A stretch of DNA of 64,000 bases. Origin: Octopus vulgaris (lineage: Eukaryota). Position 1 is the stretch's first letter. Every line of letters starts with the position of its first letter. The notes beneath the pieces were generated by a model, which was not told where the DNA came from, searched no databases, and worked only from the letters and a program-made list of their open reading frames with translations. Position numbers and translations under genes: made by a program. The stretch covers positions 41,726,001-41,790,000 of the forward strand of contig OX597834.1 in NCBI GenBank assembly GCA_951406725.2, given 5' to 3'. Shown here one piece after another: positions 25,762-40,029 of the stretch.

Positions 25762-28700
25762 AGGTATGGTTTCAGGGAGATTTGACTGTTATTTCTAGCA
25801 GCTCAAACAACCACATAAAGTCGCTTTCGTTGGCATGTCATTTGTGCCTGTTTCCATAGGCTGGCAGGCATTACTCGGTGAGATGTGTGGGTGGGCTTCG
25901 TTGGCAATGAGTCTTCAACTAGATGGGTCCTCCCACAAATTGCTGGTTGGCCAAGTAAATGCTTAAAAAAACAAAAGCTGATAATAGGTAGTTACTGTAT
26001 GAAGTTCAAGTAATAGTGGTAAGGAGTTCCTTCTTAAACAAAAGTTTTTAACGGTCAGTTACCTTTCATACGGGAAACATAACTATGGTGAATAGCAATC
26101 AACGAAAAAATATTCAAGCAATGACCAGTTACCTACTTAAGAATGTCATATTGTCACTAGTAAACTTTGCTAGAAATTGCTAATGGTAGCTCATTATACA
26201 ATGGGTATAATTAGAAGAGGCAATGGTTGTGTTAAACGAATCTGTTAGCAACAGCATGGAGATAAAATTAGTCTTAATTATTGGTGCTTAAATGATAACA
26301 TATCTCACCAACTTTTGGCTTTATAAACCCAAAATAATTCCAGCCATAGATCATACATTATTTAAAAAGTTTTAGAAATGAAAACCCAAAAAAATCTCAC
26401 TAATATGTCACATTTTCTTTTTTCTCTTTCTAATCTATGATTATAAACCTTTCAGAAAAGAGAAATGTCGAGTCTGAGAAGATTACTAGCAGAAGTAATC
26501 GGAAAAAATCTAGTCACATGCAAAGATTATGGATAAATTTCTGGATTATTAATTGTGTAATGTATGCTTATTATTTGCATACATAATTTAAATGTTGGCT
26601 ACGGGAAGCCAACAAGGGAGCTTGGATGCGGTCAGTTGACCTGTTAGAAATAGCAGCAAAATCTTTCTCAAATCACAGTCTTTAAAACAAAAGGTAGCCA
26701 CAGGTGGAAGACTTTTGATCATCGGTTCGATAGATTATTGCTCAACTTGGAAGTCAAATGAGGACCAGCTCAACTCAGCAGCTTCAGCAAGAACCAGCTA
26801 TTGTTCTCTCTAATATATCATACAAGCTGTTAATTTAAACCTACGGTACTTATGGTTACTATCAGCAGAGAGACTAAGTTCTACATGATGTTATAATTTC
26901 AAGTAAAAATGCCAAATAAAATATGTACAATACACACACACACACACACACATACTTTCTATCAAAAGACAGAAACGTGGAAGGAGAAATAGCAGCTGTG
27001 TTTTGGAGACAGAGGAGAGTGGAAATATTCAGCAGTCAATGAGCAGTCATGTGTGTAGAGAGTGAAATATAGAGAGATGTGGAGAAAGAGTGAGTGAGGA
27101 AGAAATAGTGACAGAATAAGATAAAGTAAAAAAGTGGGTAATAGAGAGTTGGTGGTGGAGAAGTAAGAGGGTAGAATAACAGAGGTTTGGAAATGGAGCA
27201 AATTAATTGGGGAATGATAGCAAAAGAAAGTGAGAGAGAAATAAATTTGTGTATGATATGAGAATGTGACAAGGAAGACATTCGGAAATGAAAAGGTGAT
27301 GAAAGACTTCGATTGAGAGAAGAAAGAAGAGGAGATATAAGGGAGTATTTGAATGAATGAGTGAGTGAAAATGAAGAAAAAAAAGTGAGTGTGTGAGTGG
27401 ATGAAAGTAAGGAAGAGAAGAGGTGAATTTTCAAAACAGGCAACGAGTAGTTGCCAGTTAAAGTGATGATGAGGTTCTTGGTCATAGAGAAGAAACTGCC
27501 TGACTTCAACCAACAGAAAGAAGACATAGATTATCATAGATTATCACTCGATATGAATTTCAGAGCAAGAATGATCCAAAATGATAAGAAACAAATACAA
27601 GTTTCAAAATAAAAAGAATAACTGAAAGAAGACAAAATGAAACACAAGAAGAAAATGGAGAAGGGCTTTGGAGTAGAAAAATTAAGAATTACTGAAGGGA
27701 AACAGAAATAAACTGTCATTTTCTTATGGGTACTATGCTAGACATACCTATGTCATAAAATTGCATATGTGCATTCAGAAATCAAAAACCATAAAAGGCA
27801 AAAAGAATGTTAGACATAGTTAGGAGTGAGAAATGTAGGTAAAAAGAGATAGGAAGTGAGGGAGTGATAATGGAACATAAACTTGGTGTAGGGTGAGAGG
27901 GAGAGGGACTTGCAATGTAACAGATCTTTTAGACAGAGGAAGTGGTGGAGGAGAGAAAAAAAGGGGAAGATGCCACCACAAAAAGAGGAAGAAAGTAGAG
28001 ATACAGTAACTGAAAAATACTTGAGTACATGGCATACAATCACAGAAACAAGTGCAAAGAGCAAACCCCACATAGAAGATGACCAAAGGATGAACAGACA
28101 GGAAAATTAAAGTGTTAGATACATTTGTCTGTTACAGTTTTTAGGATATAAGATGTAACACCATTTTGATTATATACTTAAGAAAAAACATTGGGCAGAG
28201 AAAAGATAATACTGTTAGTCCAATGTTAACAAGAGGGCTGAGTAACTCTGTCAATCTAGTACATATGTGTGTGTTTATGTTTGTGTACAGAGAGAGAGAG
28301 AGAGATGTCTATGTAAGTGTATCACCATCAACATTGTCATTATCATCATTGTTTTCACATCCACTTTTCCATGTTTGCATTAGATTAGACAATCCAGGCA
28401 TGACTGTCTGGTTAAGAAATTCACTTCCTAACTATGTGGTATCAGGTTTAATAACATTGCGTGCCACCTTGGGCAAGTGTCTTCTACTATAGCCCCAGGC
28501 CAACCAAAGCCTTGTGAGTGGATTTGGTAGACAGAAACTGAAAGAAGCCCATCATATATATATATATATATAAATATATCATCATGTGTGTATGTCTGTG
28601 TGTGAGTGTGTATTTTCTCAAATACATGTATGTTTGTTTGGTGATCAGAGACAATGGATCCTTTAATTGTTGTCATTTGCATACAGTCTACCACAAAAGT

Positions 28701-29004
28701 ATGCCCGGGCTTCTTGATATGTTGTGCTGTCTTTATCCTTGCAAGACAGAAGGCTCATCTATATGGCATTGTTTGTTGGCAGTTCTCCACATAAAACAGG
28801 AACGGCCCCTGGGGCGTAGAAGACACTGCTCTGACATACTCATAGCTGACCCATGCAAACACAGAAAAGTAGACATCAAAATCACGATCATAATATACAT
28901 ATATATATATAATGTGTGTATGGTGTAAGTTTGTGTATATGTGTGTGTGTGTGTATCTGAGAAGAACACTACTGGAGTTTAAAAATTCACCAATGATACT
29001 ATAT

Positions 29005-29038
<34 letters not shown>

Positions 29039-29118
29039 ATACATATATATATACATATATATATACATATATACATATACATATATACATATATATATAC
29101 ATATATATATACATATAT

Positions 29119-29151
<33 letters not shown>

Positions 29152-29191
29152 TATATACATATATATATACATATATATACATACATGTATG

Positions 29192-29229
<38 letters not shown>

Positions 29230-29248
29230 CATACATGTATATATATAT

Positions 29249-29294
<46 letters not shown>

Positions 29295-29317
29295 CATATA
29301 TATATATATACATATAT

Positions 29318-29360
<43 letters not shown>

Positions 29361-29369
29361 CATATACAC

Positions 29370-29402
<33 letters not shown>

Positions 29403-29471
29403 CATACATATATATATATATATATATAATAGGTACATACATACATACTATATATATACATACATATACAC

Positions 29472-29502
<31 letters not shown>

Positions 29503-29505
29503 AAA

Positions 29506-29544
<39 letters not shown>

Positions 29545-29830
29545 GGTACATACATACATACAAACATACATAAATACATGTGTAAGTGAGTATATAGAGT
29601 TTTGTAGGTCCACTTATGGTTATTTTATTTTCAACATTAAGGAAGGTTCGTAGAAATTTGGTAAAATTGGAATTACAGAATAAAGGAATCTGCAGCTGAT
29701 TGATACAAACATCTTTAACATGTTTATTAAACATATAGAAATCCGTAATATTTAATAAATCTGGAGAAATCTTTCTCAAAAGAGAATAAAGAATTACATC
29801 ATGTGTGTGTGTATATTATATATATATATA

Positions 29831-29871
<41 letters not shown>

Positions 29872-29879
29872 CGTATGTA

Positions 29880-29986
<107 letters not shown>

Positions 29987-30575
29987 GACATATATTGCAT
30001 AGAAGTTTTTTAAAAACTCTATAATTTAAACTTTGTAATAAACACAATTAAAAAAAAATTCAATTCTTTTAAACTCAAATGCAATTAATGCCAATTTGTA
30101 TATATGTGTATGTTGTTGTTTGAGTGTACAAGCAGACGGTAAAAGAACTCAATACAAGTGATAGAGTATATATATACATATATATGCGTGTGTATATAAA
30201 ACTTGCTTCAAATTTGTGTAGTTGGACACTTCTCAGAATAGACTGTGGAGTCCTCTATTGAGAAAAAAAAGGTCCAAACATCAAACTTTAAATTGTAGTT
30301 TATCGATGCCATTCTTCAAATGTATATTTGCACAAAGCTTATGATTCACTTCATCCCAACTCAAAGAGTTTCTGGTTCACATCCATTCTTTCAGGGCCCG
30401 ATGTGTTTTTGTTACTGCCTCAATCGAGGAACTCTGAGTAGTGATGGAGTGAAAAATCCTCAACTTTCTGCAAATGAATATATACTCCACGATATGTATT
30501 AAGTATCTTTTCTCTTGTTTGTTAAACCAAAAAACTTATGTATATGAATCTGCATATACATACGTACATACATAC

Positions 30576-30614
<39 letters not shown>

Positions 30615-30751
30615 TGCATACATACACACACATATATGTATATATGTATGTATATACATATACATACAATATGTAGCTTTCTGTTTTTGTTTTTTTTTTA
30701 AGTTTAATCAAATGCCGTCATCAGCATAACAAGAAACAAAATTATTAAAAT

Positions 30752-31023
30752 CTAGTCTGATTCTAGATTTAAGAAAGGGTTCTTAGAAATAAGGCTGATC
30801 TCTTTGTCTCCCTCCAGTTCCTTTTTAGTGGCAAAGCATCTGCTCTTCAATACATGACTCTGTTGTTTTTCCAACTGTTTGGCGCCTTCATCAGAGCTAA
30901 GATCATCATCACTGCTAATATTTGACACAACAGAAGAATCTGAAGATGAAGATCTTCTCCGCTGATGGTGTTGGCTTTGCATAGTTTTTAGCGCTTCGGT
31001 TTCTGCATGGTTCTTCCAGAAAT
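30752..31023 (-). CDS. GNL1: GNL1 terminal coding exon (acidic/Ser-rich tail)
   Basis: (D)FWKNHAETEAL...SSDDDLSSDE...SKNPFLNLESD-stop, matching the GNL1 'W..H.ET' and C-terminal 'NP(Y/F)..L' patterns. Confidence 0.9.
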
Positions 31024-31480
31024 CTGCAATTAGATAAAAAAAGATAGAGAAAAAAAAAGAAAAAAATATGTACCTTTTCAACTAAAACCCTTTCAAGAGG
31101 GTGCCCCAGCATAGCCACAGTCAAATAACTGAAACAAGTAAAAGATAAAAGATAGCTGGGATACCCTTGCTTACAGATCTAACCTAGGGTTAAACAAAAC
31201 AACAACAACAACAACTATTTATAAGTCATGATTTCTTCCTCTCTTTTTTCTCTTAAAAGTCACTGAGGCTCTGTATGAAAGTTTTCTTGTTGTTGCAGAT
31301 GACTTATCAGAGAATTTGAAAGTTCTGTGGCTTAAAGCTAAATCTCCTGCTGAAATGGCCCCTTCAAGGTTTAGAGACTCAAAATCTTGTCAATTATAAT
31401 CCAACCTTGAATACCCAAACAAAGCCATAATTGGAAAGAAATAAAAACTTTTTAACGAGTAATTGTTAAGATTTTCTTAC

Positions 31481-31621
31481 CTTTATTTTCAGTGTAGTCA
31501 GGAGGTCGAAAGCACAGGCAAAGCTGACCATCAACTGCGGTTCGTAGTAAATAGTTGGCAGCACGGTACACGTCGGGACGGCCAGTACGAGCCGTAATGA
31601 AGCCTCGTTTCAGAGCCAAAG
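31481..31621 (-). CDS. GNL1: GNL1 exon
   Basis: (A)LALKRGFITARTGRPDVYRAANYLLRTAVDGQLCLCFRPPDYTENK. ccag acceptor and gtaaga donor. Confidence 0.93.
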
Positions 31622-32113
31622 CTGGATGTAGAAGATTAAGAAAAGAAATATTTTTAACTATGTAAATTATTGTGGTGAGAAATATTTATACGACAGGCTT
31701 CTTTCAGTTTCCATCTACCAAATCCACTTACAAGGCTTTGGTCAGCCCAAGGCTAGAGTAGAAGACACCTGCCCAAGGTGCCACGCAGTGGGACTGAACT
31801 CAGAACCATGTAGCTGGGAAGCAAGCTTCTTACCACACAGCCACTCTTGCACCTGTATGTAAAGGTACTCGAGATAATAACCTTTAATTATTTGGAATTA
31901 TCTCTCCCCACTCCCTGCAGTGAGGTCTTTGTTTACATTGATCCCCACCAGTATTCAACTGGTACTTACTTCATTGTCTGTAAAAGGATGAAAAGTAAAG
32001 TTGACCGTGGCAGGATTTGAACTCAGAACATGAACGAAAGACGAAACGCCACTTGGCATTTTGTCCAGCATGCTAATGATTCTGCCATCTTGCCACTTTA
32101 ATAATAATGATAA

Positions 32114-32832
32114 TCAACCCTTATTCAGGGACCTTTTGAGTGGGATGGGCTACTTGACTTAAAGAAACTTCTAACTGGGCCCCATCTGTAAGGTTATGCA
32201 CTGTTTACTTTGATATGAGATCACTATGTCACACACACATGGTTGTGATGCATATACCTGGTGTACCTTTATCAGACAAGTAGTCATGCTGAGTATATAA
32301 GGATTCATATATTTGCACCCCAGGGTCACTTTAATGGCAAGTGCTGCTCCCTCGCTCTATTTTCTGCTCTAGACACAAGACCTAAATTTTTTTTGCACGG
32401 AGGTGGGGCTACAATAAATATTCTGCTCAATACTACAGATTTGCTTGTCAGTTGTTTGACCTTAACCATTTGAGCATGTCCCTTGGTGGCTGACGATATG
32501 TGCATCTCTGATCACGAGCAGAAGTAGTGGGGGAGCATCATAGCCATGTGTTGAAAGGAATTTTGGGGGTTTTGGATAATTCACCTTTGGAAACAACCCT
32601 TATTCAGGGACCTTTTGAGTGGAATGGGCCACTCAACCTGAAGAAAATACTAACTGGGCCCCACCTGCAAGGTCATGCACTGTTTATCTTGATATAAGAT
32701 TACCATGTCACGCACATATGGTTGTGATACATGTGCATAGTGTACCCTTATCAGATGGGTAGTCATGATGGGTATTACTGGGCTTCATATATGTTACCCC
32801 AGTGTTACTTTGATGGCATGCACTGCTCTCTC
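32114..32832. repeat. Direct duplication of a ~240-bp segment at 480-bp spacing
   Basis: caacccttattcagggaccttttgagtgg...ctgctc occurs at 32114-32350 and again at 32594-32830. Confidence 0.8.
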
Positions 32833-32834
32833 AC

Positions 32835-32869
<35 letters not shown>

Positions 32870-33109
32870 CCTTTCTACTATAAGCACAAGGCCTGAAATT
32901 TTGGTGGGAGGGAGGGGCAAGTCAATTACGTTGACCCCAGGGCTCCATTGGTATTTATTTTATCAACCCCTTAAGGATGAAAGGCAAAGTCAACCTCAGC
33001 AGAATTTTAACTCAGAATGTAAAGATTGACAAAATACTGTTAAGCATTTTGCTTGGAAGCTAATGATTCCGCCAGCTCACTACCTTAAATAATAATAATA
33101 ATGATGATG

Positions 33110-33526
33110 ACTGGCATCCGTGCTACTGCAGCGCTAAGAGCACCATCCGAGCATGATCGTTGCCAGAGTGGCTAACTGGCATCTGTGCCGGTGACACGTA
33201 AAAAGCACCATTTGAGCATGATCGTTACCAGCGTCGCCTTACTGGCACTTGTGCCTGTGTGCATGTGGCACTTAAAAAAACACCATTTGGGTGTGGCCAT
33301 TGCCAGTACCGCATGACTGGCCCTCATACCAGTGGCACGTAAAAGCACCTGCTACACTCTCGGAGTGGTTGGCGTTAGGAAGGGCATCCAGCTGTAGAAA
33401 CTCTGCCAGATCAAGATTGGGGCTGGTACAGTCATCTGGTTTGCCAGCCCTCAGTCAAATTGTCCAACAGTCAAATCGCTAACATGGAAAGCGGACGTTA
33501 AACGATGACGATGATGATGATGATGA
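33110..33526 (+). mobile_element. Repeat family D ending in (GAT)n, probably an RTE-tail SINE or LINE end. Other copies at 35085-35330 (-), 36783-37090 (-), 37180-37368, 46552-46740 (-), 50320-50530 and 62880-63140.
   Basis: Recurrent gagtggttggcgttaggaagggcatccagctgtagaaac...catggaaagcggacgttaaacgatgatgat. Confidence 0.8.
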
Positions 33527-34422
33527 AAATGATTTTGTTTTATTTGCCATGAGTATGATAATAATAATAATGATACTAATAATCATAATCTAATAAGTCA
33601 CATATTGGACAATAAAGTTCTTGCTATACAAAATGCCAGGAGAGTTATGAATGGAATTCCTTTCTGCATAAATCTATTTGATCACGGCTAACATCGTACT
33701 AAACATTGACTGAAATCGTGGTTCCTCGCTTCCTCTTCCCCAACCAATCTTGGAAACTCTTCAAATGCAAAAGGTTATGGTTGCCGCCCTCCTTACCAAG
33801 GCATAGAGATTGTTTTCTAAGTTGAAGAAGACAAGGGAACATGTTACATTCCTCGTGTTGAGGGTTGGAATGAATTAATGGAAGCCATTTACCAACATTA
33901 CACAGACTTACAAATGAAAATTAAAATAGGCACAGACGTGACTGTGAGGTGTGTGTGCATGTGTGTCTGGCTGTGTGGTGAGAAGCTTGCTTCCCAACCA
34001 CATGGTTGCTGGTTCACTCCTGCTGTGTGGCACCTTGGGCAAATGTCATATACTGTAGCCTCAGGTTGACAAAAGCCTGGTGAGTGGATTTGGTAGATGG
34101 AAACTGAAAGAAGCCCATTATATGTATGTGTGTGTGTGTGTGTGGCTGTTGGTAAGAAGTTGCTTCCCAACCATGTGGTTCCAGGTTCAGTGTGAATAAA
34201 ATCGTTTTTCTTTGGAATAGAAAAAAAGTCTATCTTTATTTCTTCTTTTGCTGGTGGCTCAAATTTAGGTTAAATCAGTGTTTCTCAAAGGGGAGGCCTA
34301 TGGGACGATCGGACAAATTGTTTTGAGAAAATTTGGTTTAAATGTTTGACAACTCAGCACCGTCCATTGGATGAGGGGGGCGTTTTGCTCGTATACATAT
34401 ATACACATATACATACATATAC

Positions 34423-34459
<37 letters not shown>

Positions 34460-34786
34460 CATATACATATATAGATATATATACATGTCTGCTTATACAT
34501 ATATGCATGTATGCGTCTCTCTTTGAGTCTGAGTTACTTGACAACAGGCTGTCTTTGTTTATGTCTCTTTAACTTAGTGCTTCAGCAAAAGAGACTGATA
34601 AAACAAGCACCAGACTTTTAAAAAAATTAAGTACCGGAGTCAATTAGTTCAACTAACGACTGAAATGAATAAAAGTTAAGAAGTAAATAATAAGAGATCA
34701 AAGTAATAATACATCATCAAGAATTGTGAAGGAGCAAAACAACTAATTAGAAGTTTTATTAAGTAATAAAACATTAATTAACTAAC

Positions 34787-34952
34787 CATCACATATGTTA
34801 AATGCTGACCAACTTTGAGATTCAGGGCAACTGCTTTCAGAATTAGGGTGTTGCAGCTTCAGAAGTTTCACTAAGTTAACTCGTTGAGCAAGGTACATTA
34901 AGGGGCTGTAAGGTTCCCGTACCTGCGCTATTGGGTAAATGCCACAAAGGAT
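34787..34952 (-). CDS. GNL1: GNL1 exon
   Basis: ILCGIYPIAQVREPYSPLMYLAQRVNLVKLLKLQHP...WSAFNICD. ttcag acceptor and gttagt donor. Confidence 0.93.
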
Positions 34953-37438
34953 CTGAAATGACAACAAAAAATGGGGTACAAATAATTTAAGACTGGATCA
35001 AATATTCGTCACATATGAACACAATTTCTACAACACACGTACACAGATATAACTCATCATCATCATCATCATCAATTATTATCATCATTTAAGGTCTGTT
35101 TTCCATGCTGGCATGGGTTGGACGGTTGAACTGAAAACTGGTAAGCTGGGGAGCTGCATCGGCTTCCAATCTGATTTGGCAATGGTTTCTACGGCTGGAT
35201 GCCCTTCCTAATGCCAACCACTCCGAGAGTGTAGTGGGTACCTTTTATGTGTCACTGGCACAGGTGCCAGTTATGCAACACCGGCATCGACCACAACTAT
35301 GATCTCAATCGGGCTTCACAGGTTTTCTCAAACACAGTATAAACAGTATCATCAAGGTGCAAGCCATGCAGTTAAGAAGCTTGTTTCCCAACCACATGGT
35401 TTTAGGTTCAATCCCACTGTACGGCACACTGGGCAAGTGTCTCCTACTATAACAGCCCACAGCTGATTTAAACTAAGAAGACATTTTGTCTAGCTTTTTC
35501 TTTTCACCTTTTTCAATCATAGGACCTTAACGATGCTGGGGAACTGCCTTGGCAGGTTTAGTCACAACTCCAATACTCATTTTCATGGTCTATGTTACAG
35601 GATGTAAACAAACTAACACCAATTCCCAAATGGTAGAGAAGGACACACACACAACAGGCTTCCATACAGTTCCTGTCTACCATATCCATTCACAAGGTGT
35701 TAGTCAATCCAGAGCGGCAGAAGACACTTGCCGAAGGTGGGGGACTGAGAGATGGACAAAACTATATAACTGTTCAGCATTTAATCTGACACAGAGGCAG
35801 GGGGTGGGGAAACTGTTTGCGCCACTTGAACCACATTTCCTGTAAGAGACCCCTGTTTTCCTATAATCCCACCCCAGCCACCTTCCTTGTCACCACTCCG
35901 CAATAAACTTAACTGCCACTCTGACCACCACCACATTCAGTTATTTCCTTATCCCCCCCCGCCGCCGCCACCACATTCCCCACCCACAGCTTTCCCTTAT
36001 CTCCCACCATCACCACCACCACCGCATTCCCTGTCACCAGGCATCAGTCTTTGTTGCTATCCTGTTACACTACCTCCTACACAATCACATCACCGCTACC
36101 ACCACCAACATCACAACCCTCTCTGTCACCTACAAACCACCACCACCACCGCCGCCACCACCACCACCACCTCCATCAACACCACTACCACCATCACCAC
36201 TACCACCACCATCACCACCACCACCGCCACCACCACTACTTTTTACTGTCATCCAGCCTGCTAACCCATCTCACCCTCCATCACCTCACCACCTTCCTCA
36301 TGCCCTCCTTAGCCACCCACCCTGTTGTCCACTACCCCCAGTTACACTCTTCCATATATTCTAAATGTATTACTCACAACACCATCGCCACCACCACCAC
36401 CACCAACACAACAACATCATCATCATCATGAAGAATTCCATTGCCTATTGTCTTGTGTACATTCCGCTAAGGACACACACACACACACACCACTCCAGTG
36501 GATCATACATCCTTTCTTTCATTCTGTCATTTATCTGCTCCAAAGCTATTATATTGTACTAAACTTGTTGTTTATCTGATCCACCAAGCCTTTGATGAAA
36601 GACGATCCATCTGTGACTATCCTGTCTTTTTAAAGCTATATCTACAAATACATTATCTAAGGGCTCCTTTACTAATTTGAAGCAACATGATTGTGAAGTA
36701 GCTTTAGCTGCTATTTTTAGCAGGCAGATCAACCACAGACTATTTAACATTATCCAATGTGCCTTTCCTTTATCACAGACATCATTATCATCATCATCGT
36801 TTAACATCTGTTTTCCCATGCTAGCATGGGTTAGACAGTTTGGTGCTGGTAAGCCAAGAGGGCTGCACCAGGTTCCGGTGATCTATTTCGGTTTGGTTTC
36901 AACAGGTGGATGCCCTTCCTAATGCCAACAGCTTTACAGAGTGTACTGGGTGCTTTTTACATGTCACCAGCTTAGGTGCCCTTTATGTGTGACCGTCACA
37001 GGTGCCTTTTACGTGTCACTGGCCACAACCACAATACACTTAGCTTCATGTGTCTTCTCAAGCACAGCAAATCACCAGAAGTCTTGGTCACTGACCATTA
37101 ATTTCTTCATTACCCACAGCATTTGTTCTAAGTTTATTACAAGTATGTTTTGTCTGTGTAATAATTTTTAATTTGCATTCACGTAAAAAGCATCCACTAC
37201 ACTCACGGAGTGGTTGGCATCAGGAAGGGCATCCAGCTGTAGAAACACTGCCAGATCAGACTAGAGCCTGGTGCAGCCTCCTGGCTTCCCAGAACCTGGT
37301 CGAACTGTCCAACCCATGCTAGCATGGAAAGCGGACATTAAACAATGATGATGATGATGATGATGATGAAAGCTTACAAAAGTGTGTGTGTGAGTGTGTG
37401 TGTGTGTGTGTGTGTGCGTGCGTGTGTGTAGACATTAC

Positions 37439-37564
37439 CTGCAGTTGTTTCGGTACCCTTGATGGAAACACTAAACCTGGACAGTCACAGAGTCTTACAG
37501 TAGAAGTCAGGAATATGGTCTGGAAATGCTTGGTGTGTCCTGGTGTTCGGGAGACACTGACCAC
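37439..37564 (-). CDS. GNL1: GNL1 exon (G2 Thr and G3 DCPG)
   Basis: VVSVSRTPGHTKHFQTIFLTSTVRLCDCPGLVFPSRVPKQLQ. ttcag acceptor and gtaatg donor. Confidence 0.95.
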
Positions 37565-37599
37565 CTGAAAGTGAGAGGAGTGAACAGGTTACAATGAGA

Positions 37600-37990
37600 G
37601 TGTGGGGGGAAGAGGGGGGAGAAGTGAGGAGAGACAGAGAGAGAGAGAAGGGGAGAGAGAAAGAGTGAGTCAGAGAAAGAGAAAAGTGAGTCAGAGAAAG
37701 AGAAAGAAAAATAGAGAAGAGAGAGAGAAAGACAGAGGAAGAGTAAGTGAGAGAAAGAGAGAGTGACAGAAAGGGACAGAGAAAGAGAGAGAGGGAGAGG
37801 GAGAAAAAGTGAGAGAGAGAGAGTGAAAAGTAAGTCAGAGAAAGAGAGAGAAAGAAAAATAGAGAAGAGAGAGAAAGACAGAGGAAGGGTGAGTGAGAAA
37901 AAGGGAGAGAGAGAGAGTGAGAGAGTGAGTGAGAGAGAGAGTGAAGCGTGTGAGGGCAAGGGAGGAGAAAGATAAAGTGACTGAGAAGAA
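37600..37990. repeat. GA-rich degenerate repeat, acting as a long polypyrimidine tract upstream of a GNL1 acceptor on the - strand
   Basis: Read directly. Confidence 0.85.
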
Positions 37991-38475
37991 GGATGGAAAT
38001 TTTGAAAGCCAAGTTCCAGGAGGAAATATCCGACGCATAAATTAAAGAGAAACAATTCCAATATGCCTGTGGCCCTCAAGCATCCTTCTGGGGGCCCTCA
38101 ATGGTCCTCCTTCTATAAATATTTACAATAAAGTTTTGTTTAATTGAGTTCTGTTTTACTTTTTTTATTTTTTGGTGCTGCCCCCTAAAAACATCCAAGT
38201 TTTGAATCTGGCCCTGTGTATTAAGAAGGTTGAGAACCACTGATCTAAAACCCCTTTTTTTTCTATCCTAGTATCACCTTTTTTCTTAAATATAACCTTT
38301 AGCAAAGCACAAATGGTTTAAAACAAAATTTACAAATTTGCCAGAGGGGTCAAGCAACATGGGCTACAGAACATTACATGACAAGAAACAGAGCAACACA
38401 GGAGTTAAAGAAAGCATTAAAGTAAATGGGAATAACTAAAAAAAAATGATATGCGTATATATATAAAACAACAAC

Positions 38476-38528
38476 CTTTTTGCCAACCAGTCCATTCATC
38501 AACGAAGATTTGCCTACATTCGGGTAAC
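38476..38528 (-). CDS. GNL1: GNL1 exon (P-loop G1 motif)
   Basis: (G)YPNVGKSSLMNGLVGKK. gacag acceptor, AAG|gttgtt donor, 53 nt, in phase with its neighbours. Confidence 0.93.
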
Positions 38529-39029
38529 CTGTCAAAAGAAGAGAATAAAAAAAGGGATCAATGGTGAAACCAGGTTTACCTTTTTTTTATGTTTTTTATT
38601 TTTAGGCATGGCTTAGTTAAAGGAAGAAAGCGTGAATCCTTCACCTTTTCTTGCAAGGTCTCTAAAACTGGTGAAGATGAGAGTACTGGACCATGAGACA
38701 TGGGATACAGTAGTAGCAAAAAGCACATTAAGACATCAAGCTATATCCAGACCAAAGAAGGGGTCACAAAGCTTGTAACAGCTCATCCTTAAAGGCATTC
38801 TGGTACAAGCATTGTGACAACTTCTTTGGTCTGGATATAACTTGACATCTTGCCTCATTGTCTCATTAAGTATAGGCCATTGATGTTGTTGCTGTAGTGT
38901 TTAATTAGTTGGCTGTACTTCAGAAGAGGTAGGCATGTAAGTAACCAACTATAAGTCAATGAGAGAACCTTTACACAATCGCTAGAAATAGCAGCCAAGC
39001 CCTCCTCAAATCAAACCTTAATACCTTAA

Positions 39030-39250
39030 TCCTTTAGCATTTAAACCGGCCATATCCGGCCAAAATATTCTACCTGTTTTATCTTCAAACTGGCCAGATC
39101 TGGTCTCTCACACTTACCTTACAATGTCATTCTAAAAATAAACAATCACGTCATTGAAATCTCAAGGCTACAAGACAATGCATGACTAATTCATATCAAT
39201 GGGAATAAATAAGCATTACATTTGACAGAGTAACTTTGAATGGTAAAGAG
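39030..39250. mobile_element. TTAA-flanked MITE (piggyBac-like)
   Basis: TTAA on both sides, degenerate TIRs tcctttagcatt / aatggtaaagag. Related right ends occur near 39600-39680 and 62290-62342. Confidence 0.6.
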
Positions 39251-40029
39251 TTAAAGATACATTATGTCTGAGCAAAAACACTGGCTTTTCACAGCTGAAT
39301 GTCTTTGATCAGAGATACTAAACTACAACAATCTACATTCATTTAAGGAAGCGATTCTTTTATTCTTTAGTAGTGTCAGTCCCACATACACACACACACA
39401 CACATTCACACAAGCATTTTCTTTTCCTGATCTCAGTCAATGACTGAAACCAGGAAAAGAATACCCCCCACACACACACCTGACATCGCACTTGGGTAAA
39501 TGCTTTTGTTTTTTGGGGCTTTTTTTTTTTTTCAAATTTCTTTACTTGCTTATTATGTATGCATGGGGAGGAAAGGGCGACCTCAAATTCTCAAAACTAG
39601 GATGTAATGCATGGTTGATTCAAAACAATATCAATAAATAAGCATTAAATTTGGCAGAGTAATCTGAGTGTTAAGGGGTTCACGTTCTGTTTAACAACTG
39701 CAGAAAAATCACGAACCGAGGGAAGATTCCAAAAGAACAATATTCTAGTGCGGAAGGATGGAAGGAAACAGTGGTAAGTGGAGGAGCAGAAAGGGTAAGA
39801 CAGTACAAGGGTGGCAAGGGGTGGAGAGACAAATGGGTCGAGGGTATCTGAACGGTTGGGGGTACAAAACCTGCAAGGTCCAAGGAGCACAAGTCATAAT
39901 ACGAGAGATAGGAAAAATAAAGCCACAAGTTTGTATTTCAAATATTGCTCTTTAAAAAGAATCTGTGACCCCGACAGAAAGTTAGAAACATATATAAATG
40001 GTAAAATGTATCTGCCAAGTCAGCACATA

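Noticed and set aside
35887-36579. Pro/Thr/His-rich ORFs resembling a mucin or His-rich protein
   Set aside because: (CAC)n low-complexity sequence inside a GNL1 intron on the opposite strand, with no splice or domain support.
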